Shown piece after piece: positions 1-11,750 of a DNA stretch of 64,000 nucleotides. The stretch is taken from NCBI RefSeq assembly GCF_006345805.1, contig NC_043011.1:59098464-59162463 (forward strand), given 5' to 3'. Both the position numbers and the translations under genes were made by a program. The DNA is from Octopus sinensis (taxonomy: Eukaryota). The first letter of the stretch is position 1; each line of letters begins with the position of its first letter. The notes below the pieces were generated by a model. The model was not told the origin of the DNA, did not search any database, and saw only the letters and a list, made by a program, of their open reading frames with translations.

Positions 1-110
1 ATACATACATACATACAGACACACATACATACATACATACAGACACACATCATGCACACATGACACACACACACAACACACACACACACACACCAAATAT
101 ATATATCAGA
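1..110. repeat. (ACAT)n/(CA)n microsatellite
   Basis: Directly visible tandem ACAT then CA units. Confidence 0.95.
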
Positions 111-904
111 AATGAAGTTTGAACGTGCACAGAGAATATATTGAAATTAATTAAACCCTAATTATATCTTAAAATACAGGAACACATTTTACCGGTTTGT
201 ACATTAGCTTTTCAAAAGTATATAACATATGAAGCTCTGTCGCGCGTTTTCTCTATTCCAATTATTTTTTATTACGTGTATTACGGTCATGTGACAATCA
301 TACGAGGAGGTCACAAAAGCTTTTCTTCACTGAATATGTCATATGACAGTTAGAACCAAGAGATATGAATAAATGATATAATAACTGTTCTCACGAACGT
401 GTAGGAGATAATTTTTGCTTAATATTGTGTGGAAGAGAAATGCTATCAATTAGGACTGACAATTTCATTATTCTTGTTCATATAGATCGAAGCATATTTG
501 GCATTGATTTATGCATATATCTATTTGTAATTACCACTTTTTAACATATGAAAAGCGTGGCTAATAGCAGAGTAGGTTGAGCAGTATAGGATCGTTCAGT
601 ATTCAGTCGTTTCTCTTTATAGTGTCTGGTTTCAATTCTTCGTGAGGTCGGCTGTATATTTTCATTTTATGAGATTGTTTCCTTAAGTACGCAAGTATAA
701 TGCGACCATCAAAGTTAGTTGTTGTTTGTTTTTTAATAATAGGTTATTTTGTAACTGAGTCAGTTGAACGTCAGAGAAATACGCTATAATCGCCGCTCAA
801 TCGATTTTCCTTCAACTTCAGCGTTTGTCATAAAAATCAAGCATAAATCTGGCATGGATTCCATTAAATAAATTCGTGAGTTGAAAGGTGAAAGGTGTGA
901 AACC

Positions 905-1050
905 GGTAGAAACGTTACACTACAGAACACCTTTGTAATATATTCCGGTTCGAATCAGAGCTAGATCTACTTTAACTTTCTCCGGAGGTCATTCTCCGGA
1001 GGTCTATAAAATAAAGTACCTGTTACATACAGAAGTCGATACTTTCATCC
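905..1050 (+). mobile_element. Degenerate tRNA-derived SINE, family A
   Basis: Remnants GGTAGAAACGTTA (head), GGTTCGAATC (B-box-like) and GAGGTCTATAAAATAAAGTACC (body) match intact family A copies such as 63472-63710. Confidence 0.4.
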
Positions 1051-1089
1051 CAGTCTCTCATTCTCTTTCCTTCTCGGAGTAGAAAGAAC

Positions 1090-1316
1090 ATGTTGTTCTT
1101 TTTATCTTTTCTTTTTAATTTGTGTCACACATCTGACAGCGGTCATATTGGAGCACAGCCATGGAATGTTTTAGTCGAACAAATCGAGCGTAGGCCTTAT
1201 ATTTTTTTAGGATAGTACTTATTCCACCGGGACAAACATAGACATAAAAACACACACACACACACCACATCCGCAAATAGACTCGCATATTCACACACAC
1301 ACACACACACACACGC

Positions 1317-1375
<59 letters not shown>

Positions 1376-1714
1376 TCCAGCAAAATTTACCTTCGGATGA
1401 AAATGGTACTTTAGTTAAGGCCACCAGAATTTTGTATGGTTTTATCCATATAAACCAAATAGATATCTTTTATCTTTTGTTGCTAATTTTGATTATATAT
1501 ATATATACTATATATAATATATTATATATAATATATATATATATATATACGACGGGTTTCTTTTACTTTTCTTCTACCAAATTCACTTACATGGAATTGG
1601 TCAGCACAAGACTATAGTAGAAGACCCCTGCCCAAGAGCCACAGCAGTGGCATTGAACCCACGGCCTTATGGTTGGGAAGAATGCTTCTTCTAGCACAGT
1701 CACGCTGCGCCTAT
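1090..1714 (-). mobile_element. tRNA-derived SINE family B (head + internal microsatellite + tail)
   Basis: Minus strand reads GGCGCAGCGTGACTGTGC...GGGTTCAATGCC (B box)...CTTGGGCAGGGGTCTTCTACTATAG...AAACCCGTCG, then (TA)n/(TG)n, then the tail (plus strand GCGGTCATATTGGAGCAC...TTAGTCGAACAAATCGA). Same organisation as the copy at 1766-2205. Confidence 0.75.
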
Positions 1715-1765
1715 GAAGTCGCGGCGCGCCTGTTGGATACGTTTTAAAAATTAGCCGCTGTTACA

Positions 1766-2205
1766 AGGTGCAGATATGACTATGTGGTTAAAAAGCTCCA
1801 TTTCTAACCACGTATATTTCGTGTTCAGTCCCATTGCACGGCACCTTGAGCGAGAGTCTTCTACAACAGAGTTGAATCGACCAGGGCCATTTGCGTGAAT
1901 TTGGTAAAAGGAAAATGTCTGGAAACGCGCTGTATATGTGTGTGCGTGTGCGTTCGTGTGAGTGAGTGAGTGAGTGTGCACGCTTGGGTCTTTGTATTTG
2001 TTTTGTCGCTTACTATTGGTTGACAACCAGTGTAGGTTTGTTTACGTCTCCGTATTGTAGCAGTTCAGCAAAAGAGAGCGATGCAATAATTACCAGATCT
2101 AAACACGATAAATACGTATTCAGGTCGATCTGTTCGACTAAAGCTGGCAACAAGCTGCCCCAGAATGGCCGCAGTTCAATGACTGAAAGAATTAAGAAAT
2201 AAAGG
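1766..2205 (+). mobile_element. tRNA-derived SINE family B, full length
   Basis: AGGTGCAGATATGACTATGTGG head, GTGTTCAGTCCC B box, GGCACCTTGAGCGAGAGTCTTCTAC (CORE-like by memory), short TG/GAGT array, and tail GGTCGATCTGTTCGACTAAAG...GGCCGCAGTTCAATGACTGAAAG. Confidence 0.75.
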
Positions 2206-2249
2206 ATTTTTACAGTTCTATATTTAAGAGATGAGGAGTCGTGTAAATT

Positions 2250-2325
2250 TTTTTCTTTTCTTCTTTTACCTGTTTCAGTCATTTTTGCCAAACCGCTAAG
2301 TAACGGGGACATAAACACACTACTG
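2250..2325 (-). mobile_element. Family B SINE tail fragment with internal deletion
   Basis: TTTCAGTCATTTTTGCCAAACCGCTAAGTAACGGGGACATAAACACAC is the reverse complement of family B tail segments. Confidence 0.5.
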
Positions 2326-2779
2326 CCCCTAAATTATTTATATTATTTGAAATATTTACAGTTATATATCAACCGAACGGTTGTGTTAACAACAAACAAG
2401 ATGAGGACAAATATCCATCAAATGTAAATAATATAAGTAATGTAAAGGCTTATTAATCACACGCAAATTGATTAGCTGACAGAATCATTAAAGCTTCAGA
2501 ATAAAATAATTTGCCTTATTTGTTCTCACTTTCTTTATTCTGACTTTATATACTGATGAGGTCAAATTTGCCTTCCATCGCTGCCGGGTTGATAAAACAC
2601 AGTACCAGTAAAAAACTTGGTTCCAATGTATCGATTAGAACCTTCCCGCCAATTTGAAACCTTACGCCATTGTTAGAAACAATCATTATTTACACCTAAT
2701 TGCATTTGGTTGATGTTAGAATCAGTAAATGTGGCAGAATAATACTCGTGTTATTTGATGGTCTCCTTTCATGTTCCTA

Positions 2780-3890
2780 ACACAAAGCCCACCAGATCCG
2801 ATTTTTTACCTCTTATCGTTTCGGAATCAAACAAATTTATATCAATTCAGTAATGGGGTACATCTAAACCAACATACCCTTCAGACCAAAATTCCTTGCT
2901 TCGTGCCAATGTTAGAAATCTTTATTATCTCTCTTTATGTGAATAATTCTTTCATCTCGTTCCGACTGATGTATTTTCAAAAACACTCTCTATATAAACA
3001 ACTTTATTTAATAATTCTCCCATACTATTTTCTCTACACTTTAATTGTATCCTTTCATTGTTTGCATTAATTTGTCATTTAAATTTCGCTCCCGATAATG
3101 TATTTTTTTTCATCTTTTCTTCCATAATGTTCTACTAATTTTAAACATTTCATCAAACAGAATTTTATATATTCTAATAAAACCGTATGATCATTTTGTT
3201 GGTGAATTTTAATCCTCTCTCTATATCTACATTTACTTTTCATTCAAATCATGAACTCCCCATTGTCGATTTTCTATATAATGTTAAATGTCTTCGACTG
3301 GTATATTCTTTCTGCATGACAAATACGTTGATTATATAAATGGTGTTATTTTCATATTTGCTTTGTTAGGGTAATTTTAGTCTATGTATTTATTTCTTAA
3401 TTTATTTATTTCACTTTTCCTACATCGAAGTTAGCTATCCTCTTAACGTTACTTACAACATGGAGGAATCTTATTATTATTAATGTATTCTAACCAAACG
3501 CATGCATTTTCTTTGGTACGGTTTCGCTCCAATGTGATTCTTTTTCTCCGGTTTCTACTCCTTGAATAACAAACAGATGCACATATTTTCGAATTCTATC
3601 ACTCTCAAAACCCGGCACATTTTATGCTTGTTCTTCATCTGTATTTTCCGTTATTCATTTCTGAATGAACGCGTGAATCGGCTACTGGAATCTTTTTGGA
3701 TAAATACCGGTTCATTGCACCACTATTATTTACCGTTAAATATTTTCTTGCTTTCCATTTCCTTTTCTCGTCTGTTTCTCCATTCAACACTTGTCTTTAT
3801 TATGGTGTTTAAAGAAACAATTATGGTGTTTCTATCTCTGTTGCGAACAATTTCATTTCGGTTGTATTTATTTATATTTTAGCCAGTCTG
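2780..3890 (-). mobile_element. Possible highly decayed LINE (ORF1 end / APE endonuclease)
   Basis: Minus-strand translations across stops and frameshifts give VFIQKDSSSRFTRSFR, LFVIQGVET, TIYIINVF and GEFM, in the order expected for ORF1 C-terminus, LQET, INVYAP and GDFN. By-eye match only. Confidence 0.3.
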
Positions 3891-4414
3891 TTATTGATCG
3901 AGGTGTATGCAAATTCATTTAAATTAATAGCAGACGATCAATCAGTACGCATGTCACTATTACACAAGTTTAATTTAATTATAATAATTTTTCGTTATGA
4001 TAAATCTGACGAATGTGTTTATCGAAGGAAGCGCCTAACGCAAGTAATTGTTTAGGTGTTCTTTGTTGCAGCTCAATTTCTTGTTTGTTACGAAACATCA
4101 AAGACACAGACATACGCCTCTGGTGAGCAGCGAGTAATTACTGCATCTATCTTTTCATACTGCCTCGTTTCACTTAATCGTATATTAAATATTTGCTAAA
4201 TGAAAACGACAAATTTTCCGTCCAACTATAACTGAGACTCTGTCCCAGTAGAAATATCAACCAATTCATCATGGAATCACACCCAGTCTTCTTTAGAAGA
4301 TAATTGAAGTCACTCTTTTGCATAGAAAAAGTTAAGGTTAATTACAGTTCTAAAACGTTTCATAATAGGTCGCTGCAACCAAGGGTGACCTGAGACTGAC
4401 AAACACCAGTTTAT

Positions 4415-4509
4415 CCTCCTCCTCCTCATCATCATCATCATCATCATCTACATCATCCTCATTTTTGTTGTTGTTGTTATTATTATTATTATCATTGTGA
4501 TTATTAATA

Positions 4510-4542
<33 letters not shown>

Positions 4543-4551
4543 GATTATTAA

Positions 4552-4588
<37 letters not shown>

Positions 4589-4749
4589 GTTATTATTATT
4601 ATTATTATGATTATTATTATTATTATTATTATTATTATGATTATTATTATTATTATTATTATTGATTATTATTATTATTTTATTATTATTATTTGATTAT
4701 TATTATATGATTTATATTATTATTATTATTATTATTATTATTATGATTA

Positions 4750-4805
<56 letters not shown>
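4415..4805. repeat. Compound triplet microsatellite (CTC)(ATC)(GTT) followed by long (ATT)n
   Basis: Directly visible; abuts the 3' end of the R4/Dong fragment. Confidence 0.95.
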
Positions 4806-4809
<4 letters not shown>

Positions 4810-5170
4810 ATTTTGTTTCATTTCTCAGATCATTCGGTCTTGTTTATTCTGTTAGATTCTGTGAGAGCGGACAGCAACCTGCCGTCGGAAGTCTCTCAGG
4901 GTCTTTCCTGCACGTAGTAAGCTTTAATAATTAGCTCTTAATTATCGTGGAAGGCATTCAACATACAAGTACCTATATTAAAATCATAGCTGTCCCCAGC
5001 AGAGCTATTTCTGGGGCTTGCTCTGCTTTCATGTCAACACCGATTTCTCTGACATATTTCTCGAAATTGATTGTTAGTGCTCCTAGTGCCCCCCCCACAC
5101 ACACAAATACTGGAATGACGGACACTTTCCTCACAGTCCATATTTCGCCTTTTAGTATACTAGGGCTGCA
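4806..5170 (-). mobile_element. 5'-truncated R4/Dong-clade non-LTR retrotransposon (RLE C-terminus + 3' UTR)
   Basis: ORF 4973-5272 contains EIWTVRKVSVIPVFVCVGGALGAL...EIALLGTAMIL, the typical 'IPVVxGALG...ALLGTAxIL' end of R4-clade RLE domains. A ~165-nt 3' UTR then runs into (TAA)n on the minus strand. Confidence 0.75.
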
Positions 5171-5541
5171 AAGGTATAGCCGAGACGGTAGTATTTCCGA
5201 TATAGCAGATATATAATGGATAAAGAGGACAACAAACGTTAAGGCAAAGCAAATCTCTCTTGTCATATACATTACTGTTATTCGAAAAAATAATTCAAAG
5301 CCTTACAGCTGTTTCTGGGATATCCCGGGGAATAGGATATTCTGCCATCGGAGATAAATAGGGAAAATGAGAACGGTATAGATTAATGAAATGACGACAT
5401 AGAGGGCAAACGAGAAGGAATAAGGAAATGAAGAAAGGGAAGAAAAAAAGAGGCAAAATAGTTCACAGCTGAACTTTCCGGTCGTGTAGAAGTGTAGAAG
5501 TAACTCCGTAAGTTTTATCATATACATATGCATGTATATAT

Positions 5542-5575
<34 letters not shown>

Positions 5576-6164
5576 ATACGTCACGATGTGTTACCGCTAC
5601 TGTATATAACTCACTTTGATATTTATCATTGTTTGATTTCACTTTTTCAATATCAGCGACAGTGGACGCTGGAAAAAGTATAAGTATTTGTGAAGGAAAT
5701 CTAATTCTCGCCGACAACTATGATTGTCACACGCTGACGAGAGGTCAATACCTCGAAACTCGAGTCCGTGTGTATCATAAGTTGAAGACGGGAGGATGAA
5801 TTCCATTTGCAAATACTGACAGGACACAGAAAGTGTGTCTATGGCCAGCTGGAGGAGTGTGTCCTCCTGGGGCTTAAAAACTACAGTAGCATCCACCCTT
5901 AGGGGTTAGCCATATTGAAATGGCAAAAATACGTCACTATATTATATATATAATATATATATATTATATATATATATATTATATATATATATATATATAT
6001 AGGTATAAGTTAATATATATATATAGATATAAGTAATATATATATATATATATATATAATATATATATATAATTTTAATCAAACGGGGGAAAACAAAAAA
6101 AAACAACAACAATGGAACAATTACAGTATTATTATTAATAGGCGCTCAGGAAATGGAAGCAGGA

Positions 6165-6200
6165 GGGTATGACGTTTCGAGCGGAGCTCTTCGTCGGAAA
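6165..6200 (-). ncRNA. Minimal type-I hammerhead ribozyme-like motif (PLE type, U4C variant)
   Basis: Minus strand CCGACGA-A-GAGC-UCC-GCUC-GAAAC-GUC. Core CUGANGA has U4 changed to C; 4-bp stem II; GAAA; palindromic ACGU stem III; GUC cleavage triplet. Stem I is only ~1 bp. Confidence 0.55.
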
Positions 6201-6369
6201 CATAAAGAGGAAGAGAGAGGAAAGAAAGATCCCAAAGCGGGCAACAGGGATAGAGAAAAAAAAAAACGACTGGTGTTTACGAGTTACACATGGTGAAAGG
6301 CGGAAGTTTACGATAACAAGAGCAAAGTAGGTTTTAAAGGCAAAAGAGTGGGGAGACAAGGTTGGTAAC

Positions 6370-8785
6370 GCAACAGAGTGTGTGTGTATGTGTGAGTGTG
6401 TGCGTGTGTGCGTGTGTGTATGTGTTGTGTGAGGCGAGAAAAAAAACAAAAATATATGTATGTGTTAGTGTGTGTGCGTTGGTGTAGGCGTGTGAGGTAG
6501 GGCGAGACAGTGGTAGGCATAGCAGACACTGGTCAGTAGTAAGAAAAAAGAGGAAGGAGGAAGGGAGGGAGGGGAAGGGGTGGGGGCGTATGTAGCGTGC
6601 CAGCGTGTGTTGAGTAGTAGTGTGTGTGTGTGTCCAGTGTCGTGGTAGTATTAATGGCGAGTAGATTGAATGTGTGTAAGAGTAATGTTATATATTTAAG
6701 CAATGTTGTATATGTGTGCTCGTGTGTGTAACAAAAAAGGGGGGGTTAAGGAAAAAGGACTCCAGCTGAGGGGAAGATGGAAGAGTGGTCCCGCGGAGAC
6801 GGGCGTAGGAAAACCCAACGACAAGCGATGGTCCCAGGAACGAGCGGGGGTCTCGTCGGGTCCAAGAGCGAGGTGCATGCGGCGCGTATGCGTGCGCGAA
6901 CCGGCGCAAGCGCGTGTGTGCGCGCGCCTGCGAGTATGCGCGCAAAGTGTGTATGTGTGTGGATGTGTGAGTGTGGCTGTGTGTATGTTTGGGTGTCAGT
7001 GTGTCCGATGAAATGTATGTGAGTATGTGTGTATATGTGTGTGCATAGATGTATGTCCGTGTGTGTGTGTGTGTGTATGTGTATGAGTGTGTATGTATGT
7101 ACGTGTGGGTGTGTGGAAGTGTGTGTATGTGCATGTGTGTGCGCGTACATACAGGTGTGTGAGTGAGTGTGTGTGTGTGTATGTATGTGTGAGTGTGTAT
7201 GTATGTGTGTGTAGGATGCATGTATGTGTATGGGTGTATGTATGTGTGTGTATGTATGTATGTGTACGTGCGTGTGTGTGTGTGTATGCGTGTAGGTGTG
7301 CGCGTGTGCATGCATGCATGCATGTGCGTATGTGTGTGCGTGTGCATGTGTGTGGGTATATATGTATGTGCGTATATGTGTGTCTATGTGCGTACATGTG
7401 TGTGTGGTATGCATGTGTGTGTATGTAGTGTGTAGGCTTGTGGTGTTAGGTGTATGTATGTAAGTATGTATGGGTGTGTCCGTGTATGTGTGTGTATGTA
7501 TGTTGTGTGTTGTAGGTGTGTGGGCGGTGTATATGTGTGTGTATGTAGGTGTGTGGGCGTGTGTATATAGGTGTATGTATGTATGTCTGGGTGTGTCCGT
7601 GCATGTTTGTGTGTGTGTGTGTATGCATGTGTATGTAGGTGTGTGTGTACGTGTGTAATGTATGTGTGTATGCGTGTGTGTGCGTGTGTATGCGTGCGTG
7701 TGTGTATGTAGGTGCGTGTGTATGTGTGTGGGAGTGTAGGTGTGTGTGTACGTGTGCGTGTTATGTTGGTGTGTGCGTATGTGAGTGTGAGTGTATGGGT
7801 GTTGTCATGCATGTGTGTGTGCGCGTGCAGGTGAGTGTGTGTGTAAGTATGTGTGTGTGTATGTTTGTGTGAGTGTGTAGTGTGTATGTCTGTGTGTATG
7901 TATGTGCGTATAGGAGTATGTAGGTATGTGTGTGTGTATGTGTATGGGTGTATGTATGTATGTGTGTATGTGCATGTGTATAGTATATGTGTGTGTGCGT
8001 ATTGTGTGTATGTATGTATGTGTGTTGTGCGGGTATGTGTGTGTGTGTATGTGTGTGGTGTGAGTAGGTGTGGGTTGTATGTATGTGGTTAGGGATGCAT
8101 GCGAGTGTGTGGGTATGTATGCATACATACGCACGCGCACATCCGAAGCAAAGCCCACACACACGAAGCGCGCTCACGCACACAACGCGCAAGCAGTACA
8201 ACGCAAGCCCAAGGGGCCGACCAAGCCCCCAGCGTGCGCCAAGGCGCGGGAGCGCAAAGGCCCTCGAACGCCCCGCTACGCGGGAACCGAGGGTCCATGA
8301 GCCAAAACCGGAAAGCAGAAAAGAGGGGGGGCTGCCTGCATGCAAAAAGGTGTATGTGTGTGTGCATTCAGTGTAAGGGTGTGCATGTGTGGGTATGTAT
8401 GTATGTGTGTGCCTACATGTATGTGTGCATGTGTGTGTGTGTGAAGTATGTACGTGCGGTGTGTGTGTGTGAGTGTGTGTGTATGTATGTGCGTATGTAT
8501 GTGTGTATGCATGTGTGTATGTATGTGTGTGTGTGTGTGTGTATGTATGTGTGGTGTGTGTGTGTGTAAGTATGTATGTGTGTGTGTATGTAGGTATGTG
8601 TGTGTATATGTGCATGTTGGTTTGTATGTTAGTGTGCATGTATGTCTATAAGTTGTGTGATTAAATGTGTGAATGTATGTACGTAGATGGTCTACGTATG
8701 TGTGTGTGTGAACAGGCGTGTGGGAGGTAGGTGGGTGGGTGTGTGTGGGTGGTGTATCCGGGAAAAAAAAAGAAAAAAAAGGGGA
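6370..8785. repeat. Degenerate (TG)/(TATG) cryptic simple-repeat tract with two GC-rich islands
   Basis: About 2.4 kb of imperfect TG/TATG units with islands at ~6720-6935 and ~8100-8345. It generates the many His/Thr and Cys/Val ORFs in the track. Confidence 0.85.
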
Positions 8786-8787
8786 TC

Positions 8788-9101
8788 TCAAGAGGAGGGG
8801 GCTGTGTTAAGTCCGTGTGGGGTGGTAGTTGTATGGGAAGATGTGCGTTGCTCCAAGTGGAGCGCTGGAAAGTGGGGCGACCATTGTGGGGGCGAGACCA
8901 AACACTGAGATGTCATCTAGGGAATGGCCGGCCCGAGCGGAAGTGCGTGCGACAGGAGAAAAAGAGTGTAGGCGAACGTCCTCAAGTGTTCAGTGAACGG
9001 TCGGACAACCGGCGTCCCGTCTGTCCTACATACAGCATCCCGCATACGTTGCATTTAATGCAGTAAATAAGGCCAGACGAGGTGCACGTAAAAGAGTGCC
9101 T
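8788..9101 (-). pseudogene. Penelope-like GIY-YIG endonuclease remnant (frameshifted)
   Basis: [35 protein letters not shown], then with frameshifts HFRS/AGHSLDDISVFGL and LEQR...PHGLNTAPSS*. Stop is at 8788-8790. Confidence 0.85.
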
Positions 9102-9186
9102 ATATATATATAATATATATATTATATATAATATAGTAATATATATATATTTGTATACATACATATACATATATATGTATATATGC

Positions 9187-9217
<31 letters not shown>

Positions 9218-9419
9218 TAGATATAAGATATATTATATATATATATATAGATATATATATATATATATATATCTATATATATGTAAGTTATATATATATA
9301 TTTGTATACATACATATACATATATATGTAATAGAAATATTAAAATAACTAAGTCTCTCTAAAAGAGAACAGCGGCAGCGTTCCCGGAAAATAATAGTTA
9401 TCGCCATACTAATATGGCA

Positions 9420-9672
9420 TTCTTATAAAAATAAGAAAAAGCTGTCCGCTTATTAGCTCCATGAGGCCATCGCTTAAGTTAGCTATTTGATACACAACTG
9501 TATCCATATAACCTTCGAACAAGGGAGGTCAGTCGCTCCACACTACTTGACCGGCAGCTACAGACGTGTTTCGAAGGTTATATGGATACAGTTTGTGTAT
9601 CAAATAGCTAACTTAAGGCGATGGCCTCATGGAGCTAATAAGCGGACAGCTTTTTTCTTATTTTTATAAGAA
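9420..9672. mobile_element. Foldback/hairpin MITE with ~100-bp inverted arms
   Basis: 9420-9521 is the reverse complement of 9567-9672 apart from a few single-base indels; ~45-nt spacer. Confidence 0.85.
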
Positions 9673-9742
9673 ACATTATATGTATTTATGCATATATATA
9701 TAAGTATATATATATATCTATATATATATATATATAATATAT

Positions 9743-9796
<54 letters not shown>

Positions 9797-10631
9797 GTGT
9801 GTGTGTGTGTAGATATGTAAAAAGGTAGGAAGGAGATAGTGAGAGATAGATAGATTGATAGATACATATATATATATATAGAGAGAGAGAGAGAGGAAGT
9901 TGAGCAGACCGGAGTTAATGAATTGATGAATTGTAAAATGCCAAATCATTGATTAAGAAAATATTTTCTTTAACAAGATTCAGTAAACCCAACAACCGGG
10001 TATTACCTGTTCTGCGATGTGCTGAGTAAGTAGTGTTATACATAGCATCAGCAAATATTTGCATTCATTTGGAATTCTATTCGTTTTTGAATTGTATGTT
10101 TTGTTTTTGCAGTATTCCAAAACTTCTCAGCCGTATTTAATTTTGGATTTTAGATGAATAAAATAAATAAATAAATACTTTACGGTTGAGTGCTTTTCAG
10201 TGCAAACTGGTAAGAACTGGGTTGTTAAATATAGAATGATTTGCATGGTTCGTCTTCTGAGTCTCTGTGTAATTCCTTTAGCAGCCTTTTAAGATTTTAA
10301 AGCTACCTTATTGGTGGTATTGAGGCAGAAACAAATAGATGTTGCTAAGCAGATCAGAGAAACTAGACATGATTATAATTGACATACGAATAAGTTTCAG
10401 TATTTAGCGATTGGTATGTAAGAAAAATGCAGAGCTACAAAGAAGTTCTTCTCTATTGAAATATTTCGGTCATTCGTGATCTGATTTTCATGTTATTGTT
10501 ATATGAATTGATCTTAAGTCTTTTCCATAGACCCACCCACACACACACACACCTACACACACACATACGCATATATATATACACACATATTTTTGTAAAT
10601 ATGAAGTTTGTATTAAATACACGCTAAATAC

Positions 10632-10840
10632 TGGTTTCAAATTTTAGTACAAGGTCAGCAAATTCGATGCAGGATGTAAGTCGATTAGTGTTCAACTAAT
10701 ACTAATAAAATCACTCCCCCACACAAAGAATGAAAGACAAAGTCAACCTGCGGGATATTTGATCTCTGAACTTAACGAAGGACAAAATGCCGCTAAGCAT
10801 TTTCCCGACATGCTAACAAATCTGCCAACTCGTTGCCTTA
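10632..10840 (-). mobile_element. Older SINE family A copy (tail type 2)
   Basis: Ends GCTAACAAATCTGCCAACTCGTTGCCTT (reverse complement of head); begins GGTTTCAAATTTTAGTACAAGG (reverse complement of type-2 tail). Confidence 0.65.
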
Positions 10841-11515
10841 AACCACTTGCCAAACATTTAAAAAAAGCACTTCAGCGCATTGCTCATGATAATAAACTGC
10901 GTGAAATATATATCCTCGCCTATACATGCAAATATACGCTTCAATTCCCATGTCTGTATGCGTTTATATGTCTACTTAGCCGTATATTACAATAAAATGG
11001 CGTCTAAACCTAATGTAGTTACAACGTTAATGTGTCTATGATGATTTTTAATATAAATGTGTGTTTTGAGATCCTGTACTTAAATCGATGTTATGTTTCT
11101 AAAGCGTATTTGTTTCCAAATAATGTTTAAGCAGTTTGATTTTCAGAAAAGTAGCTCCACAACCAGGCACATTGTACTGAGTCTGCACTTCAAAGTTCAT
11201 TGTTGGCATTTGATATATCGATCTCGTTAAAATATTAATTGAGTGTAAAATGAAATGTGGCGAAACATGTTTTGCTAAAAAGAAACACGAGATGGAATTG
11301 GAAAGATCAGCAAAATCACATCCGGGTATCCCTGAAACTTATGTAAAATTAAAAGAAGTCCTTTGAATAGATTCACAGACAGAAGTCAAAACCTAAATCA
11401 AGGAATGCGTTTAGGAAAAAGGAATTGATATATTCCTCAAAAAATATTCCCACTAAAGACAAGCAAAGTCTGCGACGCGGACACAATTGTTTATATTTTG
11501 TTGCCCCAATAATAT

Positions 11516-11750
11516 ATATTTCTTTATTACCCACAAGGGGCTAAACATAGAGGAGACAAACATGGACAGACATAGGTATTAAGTCGATTATATCGACCCC
11601 AGTGCTTAACTGGTACTTAATTTATCGACCCCGAAAGGATGAAAGGCAAAGTCGACCTCGGCGGAATTTGAACTCACAACGTAACGGCAGCCGAAATACC
11701 GCTAAGCATTTCGCCCGACGTGCTAACGATTCTGCTAGCTCGCCGCCTTT
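11516..11750 (-). mobile_element. Young full-length SINE family A (tail type 1) with 15-bp TSD
   Basis: A box TAGCAGAATCG and B-box-like GAGTTCAAATTCC on the minus strand. TTGCCCCAATAATAT is duplicated at 11501-11515 and 11756-11770. Confidence 0.92.

Larger units (their letters stand above)
6130..9101 (-). mobile_element. 5'-truncated Penelope-like element (GIY-YIG end, expanded 3' region, hammerhead-bearing terminus)
   Basis: GIY-YIG coding remnant at 8788-9101 and PLE-type hammerhead motif at 6171-6197 are on the same strand. Joining them into one element across the repeat tract is inference. Confidence 0.6.

Noticed and set aside
6688-8791. Many long ORFs (up to 292 aa) rich in His/Thr or Cys/Val/Tyr
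   Set aside because: They are translations of TG/TATG repeats, open in several frames on both strands, with no domain content.
10020-10450. Minus-strand peptide SLICLATSICFCL...RRRTMQIILYLTTQF, vaguely like GPCR TM5-TM6
   Set aside because: Interrupted by stops, no conserved GPCR motif and no convincing splice sites.
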